NCBI GenBank assembly: GCA_002269645.1
Contig: NIVC01002502.1
Span: 62,001-126,000 of the forward strand
Length of the DNA stretch: 64,000 nucleotides
Direction: 5' to 3'
DNA from: Macrostomum lignano
Lineage: Eukaryota
The notes under the pieces are model-generated. The model saw nothing but the letters and a program-made list of their open reading frames with translations, had not been told where the DNA came from and did not search any database. A program made the translations under genes and the position numbers. Below are positions 53,001 to 64,000 of this stretch, piece by piece (positions within the stretch are counted from its first letter, which is position 1; each line of letters opens with the position of its first letter).

Positions 53001-56000
53001 GACTGCTGACAAACTGGCTGCTGACAAACTGACTGCTGACAAACTGGCTGCTGACAAACTGACTGCTGACAAACTGACTGCTGACAAACTGACTGCTGAT
53101 AAACTGACTGCTGACAAACTGGCTGCTGACAAACTGACTGCTGACAAACTGACTGCTGACAAACTGGCTGCTGACAAACTGACTGCTGACAAACTGACTG
53201 CTGACAAACTGACTGCTGACAAACTGACAAACTGACTGCTGATAAACTGACTGCTGATAAACTGACTGCTGACTGCTGATAAACTGACTGCTGACAAACT
53301 GACTGCTGACAAACTGACTGCTGACAAACTGACAAACTGACTGCTGACTGCTGACAAACTGACTGCTGACTGCTGATAAACTGACTGCTGACTGCTGATA
53401 AACTGACTGCTGACAAACTGACTGCTGACAAACTGACAAACTGACTGCTGATAAACTGACTGCTGACAAACTGACTGCTGACAAACTGACTGCTGACTGC
53501 TGATAAACTGACTGCTGACTGCTGACAAACTGACTGCTGACAAACTGACTGCTGATAAACTGACTGCTGACAAACTGACAAACTGACTGCTGATAAACTG
53601 ACTGCTGACAAACTGACTGCTGACAAACTGACTGCTGACAAACTGACTGCTGACAAACTGACTGCTGATAAACTGGCTGCTGACAAACTGACTGCTGACA
53701 AACTGACTGCTGACTGCTGACAAACTGACTGCTGACAAACTGACTGCTGACAAACTGACTGCTGACAAACTGACTGCTGATAAACTGGCTGCTGATAAAC
53801 TGACTGCTGACTGCTGACAAACTGACTGCTGACAAACTGACTGCTGACTGCTGACAAACTGACTGCTGACAAACTGACTGCTGACTGCTGACAAACTGAC
53901 TGCTGACAAACTGACTGCTGATAAACTGACTGCTGACAAACTGGCTGCTGACAAACTGACTGCTGACAAACTGACTGCTGATAAACTGACTGCTGATAAA
54001 CTGACTGCTGATAAACTGACTGCAGACAAACTGACTGCTGATAAACTGACTGCTGACAAACTGGCTGCTGACAAACTGACTGCTGACAAACTGACTGCTG
54101 ATAAACTGACTGCAGACAAACTGACTGCTGACAAACTGGCTGCTGACAAACTGACTGCTGACAAACTGGCTGCTGACAAACTGACTGCTGACAAACTGAC
54201 TGCTGACAAACTGACTGCTGACAAACTGACTGCTGATAAACTGACTGCTGACAAACTGACTGCTGACAAACTGGCTGCTGACAAACTGACTGCTGACAAA
54301 CTGACTGCTGACAAACTGACTGCTGACAAACTGACTGCTGACAAACTGACTGCTGACAAACTGACTGCTGACAAACTGACTGCTGACAAACTGACTGCTG
54401 ACAAACTGACTGCTGACAAACTGACTGCTGATAAACTGACTGCTGACAAACTGACTGCTGACAAACTGACTGCTGATAAACTGGCTGCTGACAAACTGAC
54501 TGCTGACAAACTGACTGCTGACAAACTGACTGCTGACAAACTGACTGCTGACAAACTGACTGCTGACAAACTGACTGCTGATAAACTGACTGCTGACAAA
54601 CTGGCTGCTGATAAACTGACTGCTGACAAACTGGCTGCTGACAAACTGACTGCTGACAAACTGACTGCTGACAAACTGACTGCTGATAAACTGACTGCTG
54701 ACAAACTGGCTGCTGACAAACTGACTGCTGACAAACTGGCTGCTGACAAACTGACTGCTGACAAACTGACTGCTGACAAACTGACTGCTGACAAACTGAC
54801 TGCTGATAAACTGACTGCTGACAAACTGGCTGCTGACAAACTGACTGCTGACAAACTGACTGCTGACAAACTGGCTGCTGACAAACTGACTGCTGACAAA
54901 CTGACTGCTGACAAACTGACTGCTGACAAACTGACAAACTGACTGCTGATAAACTGACTGCTGACAAACTGACTGCTGACAAACTGACTGCTGACTGCTG
55001 ATAAACTGACTGCTGACTGCTGACAAACTGACTGCTGACAAACTGACTGCTGACAAACTGACAAACTGACTGCTGATAAACTGACTGCTGACAAACTGAC
55101 TGCTGACAAACTGACAAACTGACTGCTGATAAACTGACTGCTGACAAACTGACTGCTGACAAACTGACAAACTGACTGCTGACAAACTGACAAACTGACT
55201 GCTGACAAACTGACTGCTGACAAACTGACTGCTGACAAACTGACTGCTGACTGCTGACAAACTGGCTGCTGATAAACTGACCTACTGATAAACTGACTGC
55301 TGATAAACTGACTGCTGACAAACTGACTGCTGATAAACTGACTGCTGACAAACTGACTGCTGACAAACTGACTGCTGACAAACTGACTGCTGACAAACTG
55401 ACAAACTGACTGCTGACAAACTGACTGCTGACAAACTGACTGCTGATAAACTGACTGCTGACAAACTGACAAACTGACTGCTGACAAACTGACTGCTGAC
55501 AAACTGACTGCTGATAAACTGACTGCTGACAAACTGACTGCTGACAAACTGACTGCTGACTGCTGACAAACTGGCTGCTGACAAACTGACTGCTGACAAA
55601 CTGGCTGCTGACAAACTGACTGCTGACAAACTGACTGCTGACAAACTGACTGCTGACTGCTGACAAACTGGCTGCTGACAAACTGACTGCTGACAAACTG
55701 ACTGCTGATAAACTGACTGCTGACAAACTGACAAACTGACTGCTGACAAACTGGCTGCTGATAAACTGACTGCTGACAAACTGACTGCTGACAAACTGAC
55801 TGCTGACAAACTGACTGCTGACTGCTGACAAACTGGCTGCTGATAAACTGACTGCTGATAAACTGACTGCTGACAAACTGACAAACTGACTGCTGACAAA
55901 CTGACTGCTGATAAACTGACTGCTGACAAACTGACTGCTGACAAACTGACTGCTGACAAACTGACTGCTGATAAACTGACTGCTGACAAACTGACTGCTG

Positions 56001-59000
56001 ATAAACTGACTGCTGATAAACTGACTGCTGACAAACTGGCTGCTGACAAACTGGCTGCTGACAAACTGACTGCTGATAAACTGACTGCTGACAAACTGAC
56101 TGCTGACAAACTGACTGCTGATAAACTGACTGCTGACAAACTGGCTGCTGACAAACTGACTGCTGACAAACTGACTGCTGACAAACTGACTGCTGACAAA
56201 CTGACTGCTGATAAACTGACTGCTGATAAACTGACTGCAGACAAACTGACTGCTGATAAACTGACTGCTGACAAACTGGCTGCTGACAAACTGACTGCTG
56301 ACAAACTGACTGCTGATAAACTGACTGCAGACAAACTGACTGCTGACAAACTGGCTGCTGACAAACTGACTGCTGACAAACTGACTGCTGACAAACTGAC
56401 TGCTGATAAACTGACTGCTGACAAACTGACTGCTGATAAACTGACTGCTGATAAACTGACTGCTGACAAACTGACTGCTGACAAACTGACTGCTGACAAA
56501 CTGACTGCTGACAAACTGACTGCTGACTGCTGACAAACTGACTACTGACAAACTGACTGCTGATAAACTGGCTGCTGACAAACTGACTGCTGACAAACTG
56601 ACTGCTGACAAACTGACTGCTGACAAACTGACTGCTGACAAACTGGCTGCTGACAAACTGACTGCTGACAAACTGACTGCTGACAAACTGACTGCTGACT
56701 GCTGACAAACTGGCTGCTGACAAACTGACTGCTGACAAACTGACTGCTGATAAACTGACTGCTGACAAACTGACAAACTGACTGCTGACAAACTGGCTGC
56801 TGATAAACTGACTGCTGACAAACTGACTGCTGACAAACTGACTGCTGACAAACTGACTGCTGACTGCTGACAAACTGGCTGCTGATAAACACACTGCTGA
56901 TAAACTGACTGCTGACAAACTGACAAACTGACTGCTGACAAACTGACTGCTGACAAACTGACTGCTGATAAACTGACTGCTGACAAACTGACTGCTGATA
57001 AACTGACTGCTGACAAACTGACTGCTGACAAACTGACTGCTGACAAACTGACTGCTGACAAACTGACTGCTGATAAACTGACTGCTGATAAACTGACTGC
57101 TGACAAACTGACTGCTGATAAACTGGCTGCTGACAAACTGACTGCTGATAAACTGACTGCTGACAAACTGACTGCTGACAAACTGACTGCTGACAAACTG
57201 ACTGCTGATAAACTGGCTGCTGACAAACTGACTGCTGACAAACTGACTGCTGACAAACTGACTGCTGACAAACTGACTGCTGACAAACTGACTGCTGACA
57301 AACTGACTGCTGATAAACTGGCTGCTGACAAACTGACTGCTGACAAACTGACTGCTGACAAACTGACAAACTGACTGCTGACAAACTGACTGCTGATAAA
57401 CTGACTGCTGACAAACTGGCTGCTGACTGCTGACAAACTGACTGCTGACAAACTGACAAACTGACTGCTGATAAACTGACTGCTGACAAACTGACAAACT
57501 GACTGCTGATAAACTGATTGCTGACAAACTGACAAACTGACTGCTGACAAACTGACTGCTGACTGCTGATAAACTGACTGCTGATAAACTGACTGCTGAC
57601 AAACTGACAAACTGACTGCTGACAAACTGACTGCTGACAAACTGACAAACTGACTGCTGACAAACTGACTGCTGACAAACTGACTACTGATAAACTGACT
57701 GCTGACAAACTGACTGCTGATAAACTGACTGCTGACAAACTGACTGCTGACAAACTGACAAACTGACTGCTGACAAACTGACTACTGACAAACTGACTGC
57801 TGACAAACTGACAAACTGACTGCTGATAAACTGACTGCTGACAAACTGACAAACTGACTGCTGACAAACTGACTACTGACAAACTGACTGCTGACAAACT
57901 GACTGCTGACAAACTGACAAACTGACTGCTGACAAACTGACTACTGACAAACTGACTGCTGACAAACTGACTGCTGACAAACTGACAAACTGACTGCTGA
58001 TAAACTGACTGCTGACAAACTGACAAACTGACTGCTGACAAACTGACTGCTGACAAACTGACAAACTGACTGCTGACAAACTGACAAACTGACTGCTGAC
58101 AAACTGACTACTGACAAACCGACTGCTGACAAACTGACTGCTGACAAACTGACTGCTGATAAACTGACTGCTGACAAACTGACTGCTGATAAACTGACTG
58201 CTGATAAACTGACTGCTGACAAACTGACTGCTGACAAACTGACTGCTGACAAACTGACTGCTGACAAACTGACTGCTGACTGCTGACAAACTGACTACTG
58301 ACAAACTGACTGCTGATAAACTGGCTGCTGACAAACTGACTGCTGACAAACTGACTGCTGACAAACTGACTGCTGACAAACTGACTGCTGACAAACTGGC
58401 TGCTGACAAACTGACTGCTGACAAACTGACTGCTGACAAACTGACTGCTGACTGCTGACAAACTGGCTGCTGACAAACTGACTGCTGACAAACTGACTGC
58501 TGATAAACTGACTGCTGACAAACTGACAAACTGACTGCTGACAAACTGGCTGCTGATAAACTGACTGCTGACAAACTGACTGCTGACAAACTGACTGCTG
58601 ACAAACTGACTGCTGACTGCTGACAAACTGGCTGCTGATAAACTGACTGCTGATAAACTGACTGCTGACAAACTGACAAACTGACTGCTGACAAACTGAC
58701 TGCTGACAAACTGACTGCTGATAAACTGACTGCTGACAAACTGACTGCTGACAAACTGACTGCTGACAAACTGACTGCTGACAAACTGACTGCTGATAAA
58801 CTGACTGCTGATAAACTGACTGCTGACAAACTGACTGCTGATAAACTGGCTGCTGACAAACTGACTGCTGATAAACTGACTGCTGACAAACTGACTGCTG
58901 ACAAACTGACTGCTGACAAACTGACTGCTGATAAACTGGCTGCTGACAAACTGACTGCTGACAAACTGACTGCTGACAAACTGACTGCTGACAAACTGAC

Positions 59001-62000
59001 TGCTGACAAACTGACTGCTGACAAACTGACTGCTGATAAACTGGCTGCTGACAAACTGACTGCTGACAAACTGACTGCTGACAAACTGACAAACTGACTG
59101 CTGACAAACTGACTGCTGATAAACTGACTGCTGACAAACTGGCTGCTGACTGCTGACAAACTGACTGCTGACAAACTGACAAACTGACTGCTGATAAACT
59201 GACTGCTGACAAACTGACAAACTGACTGCTGATAAACTGATTGCTGACAAACTGACAAACTGACTGCTGACAAACTGACTGCTGACTGCTGATAAACTGA
59301 CTGCTGACAAACTGACAAACTGACTGCTGACAAACTGACTGCTGACAAACTGACAAACTGACTGCTGACAAACTGACTGCTGACAAACTGACTACTGATA
59401 AACTGACTGCTGACAAACTGACTGCTGATAAACTGACTGCTGACAAACTGACTGCTGACAAACTGACAAACTGACTGCTGACAAACTGACTACTGACAAA
59501 CTGACTGCTGACAAACTGACAAACTGACTGCTGATAAACTGACTGCTGACAAACTGACAAACTGACTGCTGACAAACTGACTACTGACAAACTGACTGCT
59601 GACAAACTGACTGCTGACAAACTGACAAACTGACTGCTGACAAACTGACTGCTGACAAACTGACTGCTGACAAACTGACTGCTGACAAACTGACAAACTG
59701 ACTGCTGATAAACTGACTGCTGACAAACTGACAAACTGACTGCTGACAAACTGACTGCTGACAAACTGACTGCTGACAAACTGACAAACTGACTGCTGAC
59801 AAACTGACAAACTGACTGCTGACAAACTGACTACTGACAAACCGACTGCTGACAAACTGACTACTACAGGTAACTAATCTTAACCAACACAACTCACCTT
59901 GTCCATAGACATCTGAACACGACAAGCAGATTTGCAGTGAGTCGGTTTTAAAGTTTTCCGATACCACTGCTCCAGGTAGCGCGTGAACAGGTCTGCAACC
60001 ATTATTGTGAGATGATGCAAGCTCTCGTAAGAAGCCCAGGTGAGAAACAGCCTAAGCTAAAGACATGAGTGTACTCACTCTTCCAAGACTTCACATCGGG
60101 CGTCGGCTTAGCACTCATAGCCACTGCGCGATTGATAATAATCTCAGCTGCTGCTCGGTTACCAGGGGCAGAGTACCTGATGTAGGGCGATGGTCAACTG
60201 CTGCTTAGCTTGAGCAATAGGCTGCCTGACACACTCAATCTCTTTCTGACACACTCAATCTCTTTCTGACACACTCAATCTCTTTCTGACACACTCAATC
60301 TCTTCCTGACACACTCAATCTCTTCCTGACACACTCAATCTCTTCCTGACACACTCAATCTCTTTCTGACACACTCAATCTCTTTCTGACACACTCAATC
60401 TCTTCCTGACACACTCAATCTCTTCCTGACACACTCAATCTCTTCCTGACACACTCAATCTCTTTCTGACACACTCAATCTCTTTCTGACACACTCAATC
60501 TCTTCCTGACACACTCAATCTCTTCCTGACACACTTGATCTCTTCCTGACACACTCAATCTCTTCCTGACACACTCAATCTCTTCCTGACACACTTGATC
60601 TCTTCTTGACACACTTGATCTCTTCCTGGCACACTTGATCTCTTCCTGGCACACTTGATCTCTTCCTGACACACTTGATCTCTTCCTGACACACTCAATC
60701 TCTTCCTGACACTCAATCTCTTCCTGACACACTCAATCTCTTTCTGACACACTTGATCTCTTCCTGACACACTCAATCTCTTCCTGACACACTCAATCTC
60801 TTCCTGACACACTCAATCTCTTCCTGACACACTCAATCTCTTCCTGACACACTCAATCTCTTCCTGGCACACTTGATCTCTTCCTGACACACTCAATCTC
60901 TTCATGACACACTCAATCTCTTCATGACACACTCAATCTCTTCCTGACACAATTGATCTCTCCCTGACACAATTGATCTCACCCTGACACAATTGATCTC
61001 TTCTTGACACACTTTTTCTCAATTCTCAATTCTCAATTCTCAATTCTCATTTCTCAATTCTCAATTAACACACTTGGAACTCAATCGCTCCCAGATCCAC
61101 ATCCATGGATACTGACTCCAATCCACAGCTACTGACCCCAATCCACAGCCACTGACCCCAATCCACAGCCACTGACCCCAATCCACAGCCACTGACCCCA
61201 ATCCACAGCCACTGACCCTAATCCACAGCCACTGACCCCAATCCACAGCCACTGACCACAATCAACAGCCACTGACCCCAATCCACAGCCACTGACCACA
61301 ATCAACAGCCACTGACCCCAATCCACAGCCACTGACCACAATCAACAGCCACTGACCCCAATCCACAGCCACTGACCCCAATCCACAGCCACTGACCGCA
61401 ATCCACAGCTACTGACCCCACCCAAACCGTGACTCACGACTTGGTAAAGTCGAAGAGCTCCTGGCCCTCAGACTGCAGCAGTCTGTAAGCCCGCCTCAGC
61501 AGCTGTTTCCAGCTGTCCGACAGGCTTTTGGTTGCGCTGTCCCTGACAGAAGAGCTGCTAGGGGTAGCCGCAGCCGCGGCCGCAGCAGTCGAAGCCAAAG
61601 CGCTGCTAACCGCAGCGGAATACCGACGCCTAGACAAGCGCGAGCCGCTTACTATGAGTAGCAGAACTAGGAGTAACTTTCGAATTGGAGCCAGCAGAGG
61701 GTGATTTTAATTTAGCCGCAGCGGGCGTCAACGAGGCTGGTTTAGCGGCCCTGCCAACTGCCTGCGAATTGTTGGTCGATGTTGACGAGCGCCGACCGTT
61801 TCTCTTCAGAGAAACGCAACTGCCGCCGCCGCTCTTTGGTGTTGCCGACATTGATTTGACCTCGACGCTGGCATCGGATTGCTGCTTATTGCTGTACAAT
61901 TCAGCTAAGCGGATTATCCTACTAGCCGAAGGCTCCACGCATTCAACTAATCTGCCGTGCAGTTGAGAAACTATTCTCAATGCCAGAACCAAGTCGGCCA

Positions 62001-62169
62001 GCTCCATCGACTCAAGCAGCATTTGAGCATTGTGTATGGTGCATTCGAATAGCGCTATGGACGAGAATGGCTGGCCGTCGGTTGCCGACGCCCCCGCCGC
62101 AGCGATTGCCGCAGTTCCAGGCAAATCCGGCAGAGAAGGAATGGGTGACTCGCACAATAGGGTGGCCAT
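41003..62169 (-). CDS. Paralogue C: uncharacterised C14orf93-like family protein; one frame disruption in exon 1; 18.4-kb last intron
   Basis: Exons 62169-61438 (FSSIALFECTIHNAQMLLESMELADLVLALRIV.. then, in another frame, SWKQLLRRAYRLLQSEGQELFDFTKS; donor TC|gtgagt, phase 2), 60176-60079 (YSAPGNRAAAEIIINRAV..KSWK, phase 1), 59992-59898 ((N)LFTRYLEQWYRKTLKPTHCKSACRVQMSMDK, phase 0), 41512-41003 (KLSQRRRSL..DMVSSDEEE..VKLLPWETLESARLKSILD..SSRRAPVDAPDWA). GT..AG junctions; phases match paralogue A. Confidence 0.78.
41548..59866. repeat. 18.3-kb 15-mer satellite (AAACTGACTGCTGAC)n with variant units and multi-kb internal duplications
   Basis: About 1,200 units with variants GATAAA, CTGGCT, CTACTG and 7-nt/8-nt short units. 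All SAVSL/SSQFV/QQSVC ORFs are artefacts of this repeat. Confidence 0.99.
60226..61012. repeat. 20-bp (CTGACACACTCAATCTCTTC)n minisatellite in paralogue C intron 1
   Basis: Direct inspection; followed by (AATTCTC)n at about 61020-61065. Confidence 0.95.
61120..61420. repeat. 20-bp (CCACAGCCACTGACCCCAAT)n minisatellite in paralogue C intron 1
   Basis: Direct inspection. Confidence 0.95.
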
Positions 62170-62269
62170 GGATTCACCAGTTGGGATTTGAGAGGCAGAA
62201 TAGCAGAGATTGGACCATTGAGTTATAAGTGCACATATGACAGATACTGACGCCAATGCGATTGCTTAC

Positions 62270-62912
62270 TGACACTAATCCTACAGATACTGACACTAAT
62301 CCGATAGATAAATACACAAATTCGACAGATACTGACAATAATCCTGCAGATACTGACAGTCTGACACTAATCCTGCAGTTACAGACACTAATCCTGCAGA
62401 TTCTGACACTAATTCTGCAGATACTGACACTAATCCTGCGGTTTTGACACTAATCCTGCAGATTCTGACACTAATCCTGCAGTTACTGACACTAATCCTG
62501 CAGACACTGACACTAATCCTGCAGATTCTGACACTAATTCTACAGATACTGACACTAATCCTGCAGACACTGACACTAATCCTGCGGTTTTGACACTAAT
62601 CCTGCAGATTCTGACACTAATCCTGCGGTTTTGACACTAATCCTGCAGACACTGACACTAATCCTGCAGATTCTGACACTAATTCTACAGATACTGACAC
62701 TAATCCTGCAGATACTGACACTAATCCTGCGGTTTTGACACTAATCCTGCAGATACTGACACTAATCCTGCGGTTTTGACACTAATCCTGCAGATTCTGA
62801 CACTAATCCTGCAGTTACTGACACTAATCCTGCAGACACTGACACTAATCCTGCAGATTCTGACACTAATTCTACAGATACTGACACTAATCCTGCAGAC
62901 ACTGACACTAAC
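62270..62912. repeat. ~21-bp (GATACTGACACTAATCCTGCA)n minisatellite upstream of paralogue C
   Basis: Direct inspection. Confidence 0.94.
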
Positions 62913-63002
62913 ACTATGAATACTATCATTCACCCTGTATCTTTCAGTGTATCTGTATGATTCTAAACTAATATTTGAAAAGAATAAGCCATAAATGGTA
63001 AC

Positions 63003-63008
63003 TTTATT
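63003..63008 (-). promoter_or_regulatory. Candidate polyadenylation signal (AATAAA) of the SMARCC-like gene
   Basis: TTTATT on the plus strand about 610 nt past the stop codon, followed by a U-rich tract on the minus strand. Confidence 0.4.
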
Positions 63009-63284
63009 GAAATAACACGACAGTTACTTCTAAAAACTGTACATTCGCACTTGTAATAGGCGAAACATTTCGAGCTATAAACATTTTAACACTGCTTAAG
63101 TGCATTACTGTGACTAGCGACTGAGCGCCGAGCAGTCATAAATTAGAAAATGTCAAATTAAACAATAAAGATAAATACAATTATTAACTATATAATAAGA
63201 TTTTCACGCTGAAACACACGCGACACAACAATAGCATAAGCTAGGATTTCTTTTGAGGTTTCAGAGGCCATTCATCAGGGGTTG

Positions 63285-63500
63285 CGAAGGGTGATTCTTC
63301 AAATGTTGTGAAGGGCGATTCTTCAGAGGTTGTGAAGGGCGATTCTTCAGAGGTTGTGAAGGGCGATTCTTCAGAGGTGTGAAAGGCGATTTTTCAAGGG
63401 TTGTGAAGGGCGATTCTTCAGAGGTTGTGAAGGGCGATTCTTCAGAGGTTGTGAAGGGCGATTCTTCAGAGGTGTGAAGGGTGATTCTTCAGAGATTGAT
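63285..63500. repeat. 24-bp (GAAGGGCGATTCTTCAGAGGTTGT)n repeat in the presumed SMARCC 3' UTR
   Basis: Direct inspection. Confidence 0.88.
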
Positions 63501-63616
63501 TATTCAGGATTTTGAAGGCCGATTCTCCAAGGGTATCATGATTCGGGGGTTTGAAGGGTTCTATCAGTTTCCATCAGTTGATGAAGCTTAACAAACTCAG
63601 GCTATCTGGCATCAGC

Positions 63617-64000
63617 TCAGTCGTCATCGCTGCCCGGTCGGTGAGGTCGATGACGCGATCGCGGCGGCTGCATCCGACGCTGCTGTTGTTGCTGCTGCTG
63701 CTGCTTCTGCTGCTGTTGCTGCTGTTTTAATTGCTGCTCCTCAAAGATTCGCTGATGTTCTCGCTGAAGCTGTTCGTGCAGGCTGACTCGCTCTTCGAAT
63801 ACGCGCTGCGACTGCGCCTCCGCGCTGTCGATCTCCCGCTGAACGTGGGCCTCCAGATCCGACAGGTGCCGCAGCTTCAGCTCCAATCGGCGCATCTGCG
63901 CGTCAGTTAGCACTGCTAGCAGGGCTCGAACCCGGGACCGCTCCGACTCGGCTAGGCTGGCACTTTTCTCGGCGCCTGCGCGCAGAGCCGCCTCAGCAAT
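63617..64000 (-). CDS. SMARCC2: SWI/SNF SMARCC1/2 (BAF155/170, SWI3)-like, last coding exon; 5' part outside window
   Basis: The frame is open from the window edge: IAEAALRAGAEKSASLAESERSRVRALLAVLTDAQMRRLELKLRHLSDLEAHVQREIDSAEAQSQRVFEERVSLH. This matches the SWIRM-associated C-terminal coiled coil ([47 protein letters not shown]). Which paralogue cannot be decided. Confidence 0.85.
   Translation of the reverse strand: MAEAALRAGAEKSASLAESERSRVRALLAVLTDAQMRRLELKLRHLSDLEAHVQREIDSAEAQSQRVFEERVSLHEQLQREHQRIFEEQQLKQQQQQQKQQQQQQQQRRMQPPRSRHRPHRPGSDDD

Noticed and set aside
41467-59967. Very long ORFs (up to 2097 aa) of SAVSL/SSQFV/QQSVC
   Set aside because: All three minus frames translate a 15-bp satellite lacking stops, located inside an intron; not a protein.

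Overview
Repeat-rich animal (metazoan) genomic DNA with spliceosomal introns. The GC-rich polyQ/polyA exons and the (TCTG)n/(GAGT)n and minisatellite-filled introns suggest a Macrostomum-type flatworm (inference). Genes supported from the sequence: a 6-exon C16orf89/UPF0764-like secreted-protein gene (+, 6233-10239), an intronless BCAP31/BAP31 gene (+, 16935-17663), a frame-disrupted unknown ORF (+, 19258-20277), the last coding exon of a SMARCC/SWI3-type gene (-, 63617-64000), and three head-to-tail paralogues (A 24957-30183, B 31766-38187, C 41003-62169; all minus strand) of an uncharacterised family with a C14orf93-like C-terminus. Main result: paralogues B and A contain arrays of tandem homologous or position-equivalent phase-1/phase-0 exons (6 in B, at least 3 in A, 1 in C). 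Each exon is 3n+2 nt long, so one must be included to keep frame (any two frameshift). This is a candidate mutually exclusive exon cluster that varies a short basic [KR]Y[LF][RK]x[WY]Y helix. In C the intron after this exon is an 18.4-kb, almost pure 15-mer satellite with multi-kb internal duplications. Nearly all long ORFs in the supplied track are repeat artefacts. All exon models were derived by hand from GT/AG sites, phase continuity and homology; none is confirmed by transcript data.
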